A stretch of 64,000 bases of DNA from Eledone cirrhosa (Eukaryota), in contig OZ024743.1 in the NCBI GenBank assembly GCA_964016885.1, forward strand, positions 287,618,001 through 287,682,000. Reading direction: 5' to 3'. The position numbers were made by a program, and so were the translations under genes. Numbering within the stretch: position 1 is the stretch's first letter; each line of letters begins with the position of its first letter. The notes beneath the pieces are model-generated. The model was not told the DNA's origin and searched no databases. It was given only the letters and a program-made list of their open reading frames with translations. Shown here one piece after another: positions 29,461 through 42,930 of this stretch.

Positions 29461-32400
29461 CACAAGGCGAAATTGAGTTGGTTTTATAAGATGCCTTAAA
29501 AGACATTGCTTTCATTCAGAAGGGTAGACTCTACGGGAGTTTATCCATTCTGATGAAAGACCAGCTGACGGCACAAAAATATTCTGTGCCGCCAGTTGTG
29601 TCACCGTTGTTCACCTTTTCCCCCACTTAAATGGGGAAAAGAACAGGGAAAATAAAAATCCAAAGTATCACACCAAATATTGATATTTGGTGGGTACTAT
29701 GTGGATTTTTAAACCTCGAAAAAGACTCAATAATATTGGTAGGTAATTCCTCCGCAGACCTGTTCAGCGGAACTAGCCTGGAAATTCTGGTCCAAATGAC
29801 ACCAGAACGAATAGCTAGGATCCCGGAACGTGTGCTGCTGGATGGGCTTATATACATAAACATTTCGGTCGAGGGTAGGCGGCCCTCATGTTACCACTTC
29901 CTAAGCAGGGGTCACCTGAGAGCTTCCTGTCCTCGGCTAACTAGCCAAAAAAAGGCATTACTGCCAACACCTACAACACCAGCACAACAATCACCACCAC
30001 CACCACAACAACAACATAAAAAAATAGTGACAACAAAACAAACGACAAACACAGTCCCACCCAACCCCTCCCCACCTAAAACAACTCCAGAAACACCCAC
30101 ACACATAACAGCTCCCCAAAATGTACCCCTCCCCAACAACACGGATGAGGCCTCATCATCGTCACCCATTGACGATGAGGGAGAGCCTTTTCGACCAGTA
30201 AAAAGAATAAAGAAAAGACATAACACAAACAAAATGAAACAAACACACAAACACCAACACAAGCGACGCAAACAGCACAAACAAAAACATCCCCTCCTGA
30301 AAACAAAACACCTACTACAAAACGTAAACACACACAAGAACCACAGACAAAAAGCAACACAACAAAAATGTTACACCTACATAAATACTAACAATAAAAC
30401 TTTAACAGACACCATATATAAAAACCCTTCGGTGGAGACCGAAGAGAACACTTTTACACACTCTTCGGGGAATCCTAATCTTAAAATGATTAGGATCCCC
30501 ATGGACACACATAAACAGTTAAAAGAAAAATTTCCTAACGACATAGGTAATCCCAGCGTCAAACCCTATAACCACGTCCTTTTGAAATGTTTCCCCACCC
30601 ACACCCCAGACACCCACCTGACACCCCCTCCTCACCAAATATCTCCTTCCCCACCCCGCCAGAGACCACCACCCCACCAAACAACCCCTCCAACACCCCA
30701 TGAAAATTGTACAGCCTGGTCCCCAGGAGACGAAGAGGTGAGTGATTTCTTTTCCTCTTCTTTTAACTTTTCAGCACCAACATGGCCAATATAAGAGTTG
30801 GATGTGTGAATGTTCGCGGCCTGGGGATGCCCTGGAAACAGGGCAAACTCTTAAACAACCTCAGGTCGCACAGTATGGATGTAGTAGCCATTTGCGAGTC
30901 TAGGATCCACAGCGAGCGACAACTGGCCCCCATCTTCGACGACTTTGAGATCTACGCATCTCTCTGCCAGCCGGGAGGTGGGGGTGGGGTTGTCGTTTTG
31001 CTGCAGAAACACCTGGACCTCATAACACAGACGGTACATCTGGACCCGGAGGGTCGACTGGTGGTCCTAAACGTTGACGGTATTGAAGGTGGAGCCTTCA
31101 GGCTGGTGGCCGCATATGCCCCATCCACAACACCGCGGCCAGACTTCTTCAAACGCCTAGAGACTTTTCTGGGAACGTCCCGCTCCCTGCTGTTAGTGGC
31201 GGACTGGAATGGAATCCTAGATGCACGTTGGGACTATGTGGGAGCATGTCCCGATAGAGGGGTGTAACAGCCTCAAACAGTTAATCGGCCGATTTCAACT
31301 GGCCGATAAATATCGAATAGATTTTCCAACTGTGCCACTGTGGACGTGAGCCGAAGCAGATGTGCGCGGCCTTTCAGCGGCACTTTGCTCAACTGTTCGG
31401 GCAGGGCGGCGCGCCGGGAGGGGCTATGGATTTCGGTCCATACCTCGACAGCCTGTCGCGGCTCTCGGACAGCGAGGCGAAGTTCTGCGAAAGGCCGATT
31501 TCAGCCGCTGAGATAGAAAACGCGCTGAGCCAATGCGGCAAACGCAAATATCCAGGTCTCGACGGTCTACCCTACGAATTTTACGTAGCAATGACGGACT
31601 TGTTCTCCGGTCTCCTGGAAGCGGTCTACTGCAACTGGCAGCAGAACGGGAGAATGCCCAGCTCTGTAACCAAGAGCGTAGTCACGTTAGTCAGGAATGA
31701 CGAAAATAAGGGGGATGACATAGGCAACTTCCGGCCTATAACTCTGCTAAACACAGAGTTACAGATTTTGGCCAAGATGTTGGCAAAGAGGCTTGCGCTT
31801 GTCGTCCAAAACCTGGTGGGAGAAGCGCAGACAATTTGGATCAGTCTAAGGCTTTCGATAGGGTTGATCATCGTTACCTGGATGCGGTGCTCGAGGCGGC
31901 AAGCTTCGGACCCGTGTTCAGGGGCTGGATTGCTGCAATGCACAGCAGCAACATCTGCTCAAGGGTCAAGGTGAACGGCTACCTCTCGGAGCTGTTCCAT
32001 ATCACGCGATCCTTCCGAAAGGGATGCCCTCTCTCCTCCCTTCTGTACGTACTGATTCTCGAGTCACTACTGCGGAAGTTGGAGCTATTTCAGGGCATCC
32101 TTTTGGAATTGGGACATGACAGTAATGGTGTCGAGCACCTCACAAATCGGGGAGGTCGGCACCTTACTGAAGGAATACGAAAGGTTCACAGGAGCGAAGT
32201 TAAACCGGGACAAATCCGTCGGTTTGCAACTCGGAACGAGAGGCAAACCGATGCATTCCGATGGCGTCGTCGGACGCTGGACGGAAGGACCGGTAAAGCT
32301 GCTCGGGGTCTGGTTTGGTCCGGACCTCCAGGTGGAGAAGAACTGGAACGAGGTGACGGCCAAGGTGTTTGCGCTCACCCAGAAGTGGGCCGAGTGCAAA

Positions 32401-33712
32401 CTATCCTTGAAAGGTCGAGAAGAGGTGGCGAACACTTTTATAGCGTCCATCATCTACTACCGCTTTACCGTCGTGCCTTGTCCAGCCAAAACGCTCACCA
32501 AAATGGAGCGCGCGCTCTTCCAATTCCTTTGGAAGAAACGGGCTCCTTTGGTGAGAAGGTCCATCTGCTGCCAACACCCTTCAAACGGAGGGCTGGGGAT
32601 GCCCTGGCTGACGATGCGCAAACACGCGCTCAGGCTGCGGCACCTCCACGTATTCCTCACCGGACAACCAGTGTGGGCCCCGTTCGTGAGGCGAGCCTTC
32701 CCACGACTCGTCTCGCTGACCGAGCTGCAGTCCTGGGTCAAGCAAAGACCGAGGAAAATGGGCGACTGGCACATCGAATGTGTTCAGGCGATCACAGTCC
32801 TCTAGCAAACGGACCCGGCGATCAGTGGAGACTCCACTTCGTCATTCTATAGAGGGTTGATCCGCAGCAAGTGCGACGACGCGCTCGGAGAAACTCTAGG
32901 CGTAGTGGAGGACGAACTGGCTAGTCTGTTCGGTAGGACCTTCAGCCCGGGACCGGTGGACAACTTCCAAAAGTCCCTGGCCTGGCAGTGCTACCGAGGA
33001 GCTCTACCAGTTCGAGACAAGCTCTACAGACACGGGCGCCTCGAAAAAGATCTGTCCGAGATGCGTGCGCGACGAGGAAACTGTCGCGCACGCATTTGTA
33101 CACTGCCCGGGCGTTACCGACCTGTGAGGCTATGTAGAACGACTTTTGTCGCGCGTGGGACCAATCCAGTTGACCACCGAGTCCATTGTCATGATCAAAC
33201 CGCCACCCTCCTTCAAAAACGAAGGAGAGGCGGTTTTCCTTTGTGTGATAGCTATGGCGAAAGAGGTTGTATGGTGGACAAGGTTGAAAGGGCTGAGGTC
33301 AGACACCTTTCTCTCCGGCCAACAACTGATTCTTTTTTTCAAATACCACTTTGGAAGAAGAATCAGGATGGAGAGAGAGGTGCTGTACCCCAGCAAGTTT
33401 TATGAAAGGTGGGTGAAAGTGGCGAGAATGGCCCGAGTGAATGGGCCTTCTCTCTATATCAGCCTGTAGGTTGAGGAAAAGGAGGAGGAGAGGAAAGGAG
33501 TACAAGCTCTTCGTACTCCTGGAGATGAGGGTTGCACATTTCTTTCGGGGGTCTGTGTTACCCATATAAACTGTCTCCCTCTATTGGGGAAAATCGACTA
33601 ACTTTTAAATTCCATCTGTGATAACATTTTACACGTTTTTATTGTATGTAAACTTCCCCCTTTGTATTTGTCCCCTTCTTTTGTGCCCCTGTGGCTAATA
33701 AAGAAATATATC
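29461..33712 (+). mobile_element. 5'-truncated Tx1 (L1-clade) retrotransposon, subfamily A, with internal deletions
   Basis: ORF1 remnant 29631-30794 (degenerate knuckle CYHFLSRGHLRASC); ORF2 from ATG 30782: CVNVRGL, AYAP, PGLDGLP, NFRPITLLN, DQSKAFDRVDH; deletions versus the next copy at ~31348, 31832, 32117 (YADD lost), 33040. Confidence 0.92.
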
Positions 33713-33931
33713 TATCTATCTATCTATCTTGATAGAGTAAGACACGCTTCACATCGGCTCCGCTATTCCATCGGGATTTACCCTTACTATTGTAAGTACC
33801 GGATAAATTTTTCAGTGCAACACATTTGGAACACTAACCCCTGTTATTTAGGGAAACATTTTTGCATTTACCCCCTTTTTAGGGGGTAAAATAAATATCT
33901 AATTTTGCCGAAAAATTTCGTTCTTGGCAGC

Positions 33932-35710
33932 ATGGCGGAAAAGATGGCAGACATGTCTGCCATTAGCTCTGCCACGCCCCCCAAGTCTGAAGAACAAAAA
34001 ATAATTACAACAAAATTAGACAACGAAACAAACAAAGAAAATGAAAAAACAAATGTTAAGGAAAATGAGCAAACGGAAAACAAACAAACAGAAAATAATA
34101 CAAATAACAACAGGGCAACTTTCGCCCAGAAAACAAAACAATCCATTACATACACACCAATTGACCTAACGGCCGCCAGAGAAAAACTGGCCGAAGCAAA
34201 GAAACACATTGTTTTGGGGGAGAATGGAATGTTTTCCATTAACTCCCCCCCAGAATTCAAGAAAGCGAGAACAGAGAACACAGTTCTCTTCAGAACAATC
34301 CTAAACGAAACAAGAAAGCCAGCACAGCCCAGCCAAATGGAGATAGAGTTGGTCCTAAAAGACTATATGAAGAATATTCTCTTCATACGAAAGGACCGAC
34401 TCTATGGCAGCATTTCGGTCCTAACAAAAGACAAGGAAACGGCGGAGAAGCTTTCCATAAGCCCACTCTCATCGACAACATACAGCTTCTATCCCTCCTA
34501 CATGGGTAGAAGAACACAGAGAGTAAAAATACAAACAATGCTGCCCACAATGGACTTCTGGTGGGCTATTGCTGGCTTCATAGACATGGGCGAGGACACA
34601 GTGCTGTCAATGGGGAAGGCATCCGGAGATGCGTTCCTGGGAATGGGCCTCGACCTACTAGTCCAAATGAGGCCCGAAAGAATAGCACAAATCCCGGATC
34701 GCATCTGGCTGGATGAGCTCACCCCAATAGATATAATTGTAGAGGGGAGAAGACCAGCATGCTATTTATGCATGGAAAGGGGACACATTAAGGCTAACTG
34801 CCCGAAACGTGTCCCCCAAAAAGGACTATTGCCCACACCCACCACAAACAGTACACCAACACCACCCACCTCCAAAAATACACTAATACCACACACAGCA
34901 AACAAAATACAAACACCACCAAGCACATCACCACCACCAGCAGCAAACACAAGCTCGACACAAAAATCACCACCACCATCACCAACACAAACACCATCAC
35001 CACCATTACCAACCACAAGCACGACACAAACAGCACCACCACCACCACAAAACGCATTCCAAACAAATAATAAAAAAAACAGCAACAAATCTACCCCTCC
35101 CGCAAAAAAAAAACCAGACACGACGTCCCTCCCACCTAGCGCTGAAGAGTTTCCCCCAACTTCTGAAGAAGAAGGAGGAGAAGCTTTCAGACAAGTTAAA
35201 AGAAAAAAAAGAAAGCACACACCCAGCACACCACAAATAACCCACACACAAACACCAACTCCAATAAAAAACACCCCACCCTCAACAAACAAAAATAAAT
35301 CTGCGCCTCCCCTCTCCGAAACATTGACAGCATCACAAAAAAAGACATTGCAATACACATATATAAATAAAGAAAACAAAAAACTGTTTAAATTAATAAA
35401 CAATAGCCCTTTGGTGCAGACCGAAGGGCCAAACTTTATCTCAACAGAGAACTTGACCCATTTAAAAATGATAAAGGTCCCTCTGGACCTTTATCGTTCC
35501 TTAAAAGAACAATTTAGACAGGACGTGAGCCCCCCCTGTTTAAAACCGTTAAATCGCGTCCTCTTGAAAGATTTCCCCATAACCTCCCCTCTCCCTGACA
35601 CAACTCCAAACACCCCAACCCAACCACACTCGGGCACCCCACACCACCACAAAACATCCCTCCACCCAACACACCTGACGCCATGGAAATTACACAACCC
35701 GGAGAGGTAA
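33932..35710 (+). CDS. Tx1 ORF1 gag-like nucleic-acid-binding protein
   Basis: Open ~590 codons; CCHC knuckle CYLCMERGHIKANC; Pro/Thr-rich linker; basic KRKKRK patch. Confidence 0.85.
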   Translation: MAEKMADMSAISSATPPKSEEQKIITTKLDNETNKENEKTNVKENEQTENKQTENNTNNNRATFAQKTKQSITYTPIDLTAAREKLAEAKKHIVLGENGMFSINSPPEFKKARTENTVLFRTILNETRKPAQPSQMEIELVLKDYMKNILFIRKDRLYGSISVLTKDKETAEKLSISPLSSTTYSFYPSYMGRRTQRVKIQTMLPTMDFWWAIAGFIDMGEDTVLSMGKASGDAFLGMGLDLLVQMRPERIAQIPDRIWLDELTPIDIIVEGRRPACYLCMERGHIKANCPKRVPQKGLLPTPTTNSTPTPPTSKNTLIPHTANKIQTPPSTSPPPAANTSSTQKSPPPSPTQTPSPPLPTTSTTQTAPPPPQNAFQTNNKKNSNKSTPPAKKKPDTTSLPPSAEEFPPTSEEEGGEAFRQVKRKKRKHTPSTPQITHTQTPTPIKNTPPSTNKNKSAPPLSETLTASQKKTLQYTYINKENKKLFKLINNSPLVQTEGPNFISTENLTHLKMIKVPLDLYRSLKEQFRQDVSPPCLKPLNRVLLKDFPITSPLPDTTPNTPTQPHSGTPHHHKTSLHPTHLTPWKLHNPER

Positions 35711-35741
35711 GTGCTTTTCTTTCTTCACTTTCAACACCAAA

Positions 35742-38700
35742 ATAGATCAATTGAGAGTTGGCTGTTTGAACGCGCGTGGCCTGGGCTCAGCTTGGAAGCA
35801 AGCAAAGCTACTAAGTGACCTCAGGTCACGAAGTATAGATGTGATGGTTGTCTGCGAGAGTCGGATCAGCAGCGTCCGACAGCTGGCTCCCGCCTTCGAT
35901 GACTTTGAGATGCACGCATCTCTCTGTCAACCCGGAGGCGGGGGGGGGGGGGAGTTGCCGTACTGCTGGATAAACGTCTGGCTCTCGACGTACAGATTGT
36001 TCACTCGGACTCGGGGGCTCGAATACTGGTGCTGGACGTCGGAGGCGGTGAAGGCGGGGCTTTCAGACTGGTCGGTCTTTATGCCCCCTTCGGGGCTGAA
36101 AGAGCCGACTTCTTCCAGCGTCTGGAGACTTTTCTAGGAACGTCGCGTTCCCTGCTTTTAGTGGGGGACTGGAATGGAATCCTAGATGCGCGTTGGGACT
36201 ATGCAGGGGCATGTCCCGATAGAGGGGGTGTAGCAGCCTCAAGGGGTTACTCGATCGATTCGACCTGGTCGATAGATTTCGACTAGATTGTCCAACTGCG
36301 CCAACCTGGACCTGGGCAAACCGCAGTGGACAATCTAGATCGTACCTAGATAGGTTTTTGGTTAGGAGTAAGGATAGGGACGTATTTAGTTGTCCAGAAT
36401 TGATCATGGTTGGCTATTCAGATCACAAATTAGTGACCTGCGTGGTCAACCTTGATAGAACGCATAGACAGGGTCCCGGTTACTGGAAGATGAACTTGTC
36501 CTTGCCGGCAAAGAAAGATTACAGGAACCGGATTAGTAGCTTAGTTAAGATGCGGTTGACGGGAGCGATTATCAACAGTAGGTGGTGGGTATCTCTAAAG
36601 AGAGAGATTAGAGTAAGTTCGATAGGTTACAGTAAGGAACTAGCGGCGAATAGAAATAGGAAGGAAAGGGAGTTAACAGATAAACTAGAAGAGGCGATTA
36701 GGAGCGGAGACGTAGCCAGAGTGTTAGCGGCGAGAACGGCGTTGAGCCAGTTCTTTGACGCCAAGCACGAAGGCTGCGTTGTCCGAAGTAAAATACGTGC
36801 TTTAGGAAACGAGGGGACCAAAGCTGTTAGCTGGGCCCGCGTGACAGAAGCCAAGAGTGGGATTAAATCCACCATTCGGTCTTTGCGAGACCAGGATGGA
36901 CGGGTGATCCTTGAACCTGAGCGGATGTGCGAGGCCTTTCAAAGGCACTTTGCTCGACTGTTCGGAGGGGGCGGGGGGCCGGACGGGGATGTGGACTTCG
37001 GTCCATACCTCGACGGTCTACCGCGTCTTTCGAGCGGCGAAGCGGAGTGCTGCGAAAGGCCAATCACAGCCACTGAAATCGGGGAAGCGCTCAGCCAATG
37101 CAGCAGACGCAAATCTCCGGGTCTCGATGGTCTACCATACGAACTTTATTTAGCTATGCCGGTCTTGTTCTCCGAACTCCTCGAGGCTGTCTATTGCAAC
37201 TGGCAACAGAACGGGAGAATTCCCTGTTCTGTGACCAAGGGCGTGGTCACGCTAGTGAGGAAGGACGAGAGCAAGGGGGACGACTTAAGTAACTTTAGGC
37301 CCATAACTCTGCTGAATGCAGAGTTACAGATTTTGGCCAAGGTGTTGGCGAAGAGGTTGGCGCTTGTGGTGGGTGGTTTGGTGGGAGACGCGCAGACATG
37401 CGCTATCCCGTCCAGGTCCATTCACGACAACCTCCACCTCATGCGATATATCATAGAGAGGGTTGGCAACGAACCCGGCTTTGGTGGGGCCCTGATCAAC
37501 TTGGATCAATCTAAGGCGTTCGATAGGGTCGACCATGGTTACCTGGATGCGGTGCTAGCGGCGGCGGGCTTCGGACCCGTTTTCAGGGGCTGGATTTCTG
37601 CCATGCACAGTGGCAACATCTACTCTAGGATTAAAGTAAACGGCTACCTCTCGGAGCCGTTTCAAATCACCCGGTCCATCAGACAGGGGTGCCCCCTCTC
37701 CTCCCTTCTGTACGTATTGACTCTCGAGCCACTGCTGCGGAAGTTGGAGTTGCTGCGGGGCATACCCCTGGAACCGGGATTGCACAAAGCGGACTCGGCC
37801 TATGCCGACGACGTAACAGTAATGGTGGCGGACGCCTCGGAAATAGGGGCGATCGCCACCCTACTGGAGGAATACGAAAGGCTGACGGGGGCTAGGCTGA
37901 ACCGGGACAAGTCAGTCGGTTTGCAACTCGGAACGTGGAGGGGCAAACCGATGCCGTTAGACGGTGTCGTCGGGCGGTGGACGGAGGGCCCGGTGAAGCT
38001 GCTCGGGGTCTGGTTCGGACCGGACCTCCAGGTGGAGAAGAATTGGGGCGAGGTGACGAGCAGGGTGTTTGCGCTGACCCAGAAGTGGGCCAAGTGCAAA
38101 CTATCACTGAAAGGTCGGGCGGAGGTGACGACGCTTACACAGCGTCCGTCATCTGCTACCGCCTGACCGTCGTGCCTTGCCCCAAGGAAAAGATCACCAT
38201 CATGGAACGCATGCTCTTCCAGTTCCTCTGGAAGAAGCGGCCTCCCATGGTGAGGAGATCCATCTGCTGCCAGCACCCTTCGAAAGGAGGGCTGGGTATG
38301 CCGTGGCTGTTGATGCGTAGGCACGCATTGAGGCTACGGCATCTACAGGTATTCCTCACCGGTCAGCCGGTGTGGGCCCCGTTTGTGAGGCGAGCCTTCC
38401 CACAGCTCGTCTCGCTCACCGAGCTGCAATCCTGGGTGAAGCAAAGACCGAGAAAACTGGGCAACTGGCACACCGAGTGTGCCCAGGCGCTCACGGCTAT
38501 CTGGCAAGCGGACCCGACTGTCAGTGGAGAATCCACCTCGACATTCTATAGAGGGCTGGTGGCTAGCAGGGGCGACGACACCCTTGGAGAGTCGCTAGGC
38601 ATGGAGGAGGACGAACTGGCCAGCCTGTTCGGTAGAACTTTCGGCCCGGGACCCATGGACAACTTCCAGAGGTCCCTAGCCTGGCAGTGTTACCGGGGGG

Positions 38701-39182
38701 CTCTGCCCGTTCGAGAAAAGCTCTACAGACACGGGCGCCCGGGCAGGGATCCAGCGAAAAAGATCTGTCCCAGATGCGTGCGCGACGAGGAAACCGTTGC
38801 GCATGCACTGGTACACTGCCCGGGCGTTGCCGATCTGTGGGGCTACGTCGAACGACTGCTGTCGCGTGTGGCGCCGATTCGATTAACCGCCGAGTCTGTG
38901 GTGAACATCAAGCCGCCGCCTCCCTTCAGAAACGAAGCAGAGGCGGTCTTTCTGTGCGTAATAGCCATGATGAAAGAGGTTGTGTGGTGGACGCGCCTGA
39001 AAGGTCTGAGGTCGGGTGACTTTCTCTCCGGCCATCACCTGGTTTACTTCTTCCGATACCACTTCGGAAGAAGGATCAGGATGGAGAGAGAAGTGCTTGG
39101 CCCCAGACAGTTTTATGAAAGGTGGGTGAAAGAAGCGAGAATGGCTCGTGTAAATGGGCCTTCTCTCTACATTGTTCTGTAG
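35742..39182 (+). pseudogene. Tx1 ORF2: AP endonuclease, RT, C-terminal CCHC zinc-binding domain
   Basis: CLNARGL, GDWN, SYLDRF, SDH, SPGLDGLP, DQSKAFDRVDH, IRQGCPLS, AYADD (37801), CPRC..ETVAHALVHC; start ATG->ATA; frameshifts at ~35945, 36225, 38135. Confidence 0.92.
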
Positions 39183-39412
39183 GTGAAGAAGTGAAGAGGA
39201 AAGGGGGAGCGCCTCCTCTCTGGGCTTCCCCCGCGAAAAGGGTTGCACACTTTTCGGGGGTATGTGCAATCCCGAACACGCCCCCTCCCTTTTGAGGACT
39301 TTTTATTATTATATTATTATTGTTATTCCTTTTTCTTTACTCGATTTATGTAAACTCCCCCACTGTGTAAATGTCCCCTTCTTTTGTGCCCTCGTGGCAA
39401 ATAAATAGAAAT

Positions 39413-39480
<68 letters not shown>

Positions 39481-39481
<1 letters not shown>

Positions 39482-41459
39482 ATGCGATACATCATAGAGA
39501 GGGTGGGTAGTAAACCCGGCTTCGGTGGGGCTCTGATCAACTTGGATCAGTCTAAGGCATTCGATAGGGTCGACCATCGATACTTGGAAGCGGTTCTCAA
39601 GGCGGCCGGTTTCGGTCCCGTGTTCAGAGGATGGATCGAGGCGATGCACACCAGCATCTGCTCGAGGGTCAAGGTGAACGGCTACCTATCGGAGCCGTTC
39701 GCAATCACGCGTTCCATTCGACAGGGATGCCCTCTCTCCTCCATTCTGTATGTATTGACTCTAGAGCCACTACTGCGGAAATTGGAGCTGTTGCAGGGCA
39801 TCCCTCTAGAACCGGGACTGCGCAAAGCGGCGTCGGCTTATGCCGACGACGTGACAGTAATGGTGTCGAGCACCTCGGAAATCGGGGTGATCGGCAACAT
39901 ACTGAAAGAATACGAAACGCTGACGGGAGCAAAACTAAACCCAGACAAGTCTGTCGGTTTGCAACTCGGTACGTGGAGAGGCAAACCGATGACATCCGAC
40001 AGCGTCGTTGGACGCTGGACGGACGGACCGGTAAAATTGCTCGGGGTCTGGTTCGGTCCAGACCTCCAGGTGGAGAAAAACTGGAACGAGGTCACGGCCA
40101 AGGTGTTTGCACTCACTCAGAAGTGGGCAGAGTGCAAACTGTCCTTGAAAGGTCGAGCGGAGGTGGCGAACACTTTCATAGCGTCCGTCATCTACTACCG
40201 CTTGACTGTCGTGCCTTGTCCCCGTGAACACCTCGCCAAGATGGAACGCATGCTCTTCCAGTTTCTGTGGAAGAAGCAGGCTCCGCTGGTGAGGAGATCC
40301 GTCTGCTGTCAGCACCCTTCCAACGGAGGGCTGGGAATGCCGTGGCTGATGATGCGCAAACATGCGCTGAGGCTGCGGTATCTCCAGGTATTCCTCACCG
40401 ACCCCCAACCGGTGTGGGCACCGTTTGTGAGACAGGCTTTCCCACAGCTCGTCTCGCTAACGGAGCTGCAGTCCTGGGTGAAGAAAAGACCGAAAACGAT
40501 GGGCGCCTGGCACATTGAATGCGCTCAGGCGCTCACAGTCCTCTGGCAAGCGGGCGCAGCAATCAGTGGAGACTCCACTTCGACATTCTATAGAGGGATT
40601 GTACGTTACAAGGGCGACGACGTGCTCGGAGAGACTCTGGGCGTCGAAGACGATGAGCTCACCAGTATGTTTGGTAGGACTTTCCGCCCGGGACCTATGG
40701 ACAACTTCCAGAGGTCCCTGGCCTGGCAGTGCTACCGAGGAGCTCTACCGGTTCGTGACAAGATCTACAGGCACGGACGCCCTGGCAGGGATCCTTCCAA
40801 GAGGACGTGTCCAAGATGTGCGCAGGACATTGAAACAGTTCTGCACGCAATTGTACACTGCCCGGGCGTAAGCGACCTGTGGAACTATGCAGAACAACTG
40901 CTGTCGCGTATGGGACAAATACAGTTGACTGCCGAGTCCATAGTAAGGATCAAACCGCCAGACTCTTTCAAAAACGAAAGAGAGGCGGTTTTCCTCTGTA
41001 CGGTGGCTATGGTGAAAGAAGTTATATGGTGGACGAGGTTGAGAGGACTGAGGACAGATGCCGTTCTCTCCGGACAACAATTGATTCCATTCTTTAAGTA
41101 TCACTTTAGAAGGAGAATCTGGGTGGAGAGAGAGCCACTGCACCCCAGTAAATTTACTGAAAGGTGGGTGAATGAAGCGAAAATGGCCCGAGTGATTGGG
41201 CCTTCTCTGTTTATAAGCCTGTAGGTTGAGGAAGAGAGCAAACGGAAGAAAGGAGCACTTTCACAACACGCTCCTTGAGTTGAGGGTTGTTCTATCGACG
41301 GGGTATTAAACAACCCATTTGTGGCGCCTCCCCCCTATTGGGGATTTCGATTGTTGAAATTGTTTGTTTTTATATTTTTTACACGACTGTATGTAAAATC
41401 CCCGGCATGTCTTTGTATTGTCCCCTTTCTTGTTGCGCCCTTGTGGCTAATAAAGAAAT
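39481..41459 (+). mobile_element. 5'-truncated Tx1, subfamily C (uninterrupted ORF2 half to 41224)
   Basis: DQSKAFDRVDH, AYADD, CPRC..HC; begins at (TATC)n and ends AATAAAGAAATCTATCTAT. Confidence 0.93.
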
Positions 41460-41639
41460 CTATCTATGTTTCCTATTTCTTTGCCTATTTTCGTCTTAAA
41501 TTGCATCTGTTTGTTTATTCAATATTCTATTTTTATTTTTTATTTATATTGTAGATTCCAGAAATAGCTGTCGAAACGGAGTCCAAAAATAGCTGTCGAA
41601 ACGGCATGAGCTCTGCCGTCGGGGTTCTGACTATTTTCC

Positions 41640-41689
<50 letters not shown>

Positions 41690-41757
41690 CATACACACAC
41701 ACACACATATGCATACTCGACTGTTCTCAAGTCCAGGAGTTGCAAGCGTGGGAGCTA

Positions 41758-41799
41758 CCGTCCTGATGAAGACCAGTCAAGTCTGAAATGCATAAATGG
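41758..41799 (+). ncRNA. Minimal type I hammerhead candidate
   Basis: CTGATGA-AGAC/GTCT stem II-GAAA-TGCA-TA; partial stem I CCGT/ATGG. Confidence 0.62.
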
Positions 41800-41920
41800 C
41801 TGTCCCCCTTGCTTCTGCTGGACACCACAAGAGGGCGTTAGCCCCGGTGTTTGCATAGCTACGGCTTCCTAAATCTTTTACCCTGTAAACATACCGAAAT
41901 TTCTCTAACCCCCCCCCCCC

Positions 41921-41966
<46 letters not shown>

Positions 41967-42189
41967 GTGTGTGTGTATAGATTACACACACGATATTATT
42001 TAATAAGCTACTGTTTAGTCTTCCACTCCAACAGGTTAATTAATATGATGTGATTTGCCTATTACCTCTGGCCGTTTATCGGATTTTCTTATGTTTTTAT
42101 GTTTACATATTACAGACTCGAGGGTTTATGAGATTATTTCACATTTGATTACGAGAATTATACTTAATACATAATAAATAACAATATAA

Positions 42190-42265
42190 TTATTTCATTA
42201 CCAAAGGTTTCGAGAAACTAGATGATTCTTGCAGAAACATCTAGTTCGTTCGTCAGAGAAAACAA
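42190..42265 (-). ncRNA. Type I hammerhead candidate with long stem II
   Basis: Minus: CTGACGA-GAACTAGATG/CATCTAGTTT-GAAA-CC TTT GG-TA-ATGAAATAA. Confidence 0.68.
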
Positions 42266-42340
42266 TTATTATTTAATTAAATAGCTCTGTACAATAGAGA
42301 GAACACTCTTCTTTCATTTACCTTTTCTACAGAAATACTT

Positions 42341-42409
<69 letters not shown>

Positions 42410-42861
42410 TTATATATTTTTTAATATCTACGATTGTTTTTATGCAAATGATAATCATACATGCAAATGTAAGATCTGATTTCTTGCGGCAAATTCAAAT
42501 TTAGGTTTAATGAAAGAATTTATTGTAAAAAATTAAGTGTTTTTGTGGTCATGAAAACGGAAAAGAAAGGCAGAGGCAGGGCTCTAGGGTCACAGAAGAA
42601 TGAGGAGGGGGAAAGGGGAGGGTCATGGGTTCTAAGGAGGGAGAAAGGGGAGGGTGATGGGCTCTAAGTCTTTGGTGCGGCAGTATTGGGGGTCCGCCCC
42701 GCGGCACAGGCCGTTTTTTCTTTGGGGAGTGGTCAATTAGCCAGAGTGCTTTTTTGAAATAAATAAATAAGTAAATAAATAAATAAATAAATGAATAAAT
42801 AAATAAATAAAAATAAAAAAAAAAAATAAATAAATAAAACCCCAAAGAATAGTAATTCAAC

Positions 42862-42927
<66 letters not shown>

Positions 42928-42930
<3 letters not shown>

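Larger units (their letters stand above)
33731..39412 (+). mobile_element. Apparently full-length Tx1 retrotransposon, subfamily B, flanked by (ATCT)n
   Basis: 5'UTR, ORF1, ORF2, 3'UTR with AATAAA; (TATC)n at 33709-33729 and 39413-39480. Confidence 0.94.

Noticed and set aside
30738-30774. 37-nt GT-AG intron fusing Tx1 ORF1 to ORF2
   Set aside because: Splicing does not put ORF2 in frame and the acceptor is not conserved in subfamily B
29016-33712. ~425 bp near-identical direct repeats resembling LTRs
   Set aside because: They are Tx1 ORF2 end plus 3'UTR; no TG..CA or PBS; the interior is APE-RT and a third copy stands alone at 56696
34762-35403. Antisense ORFs overlapping LINE ORFs
   Set aside because: Shadow frames caused by the A/C bias of the sense strand
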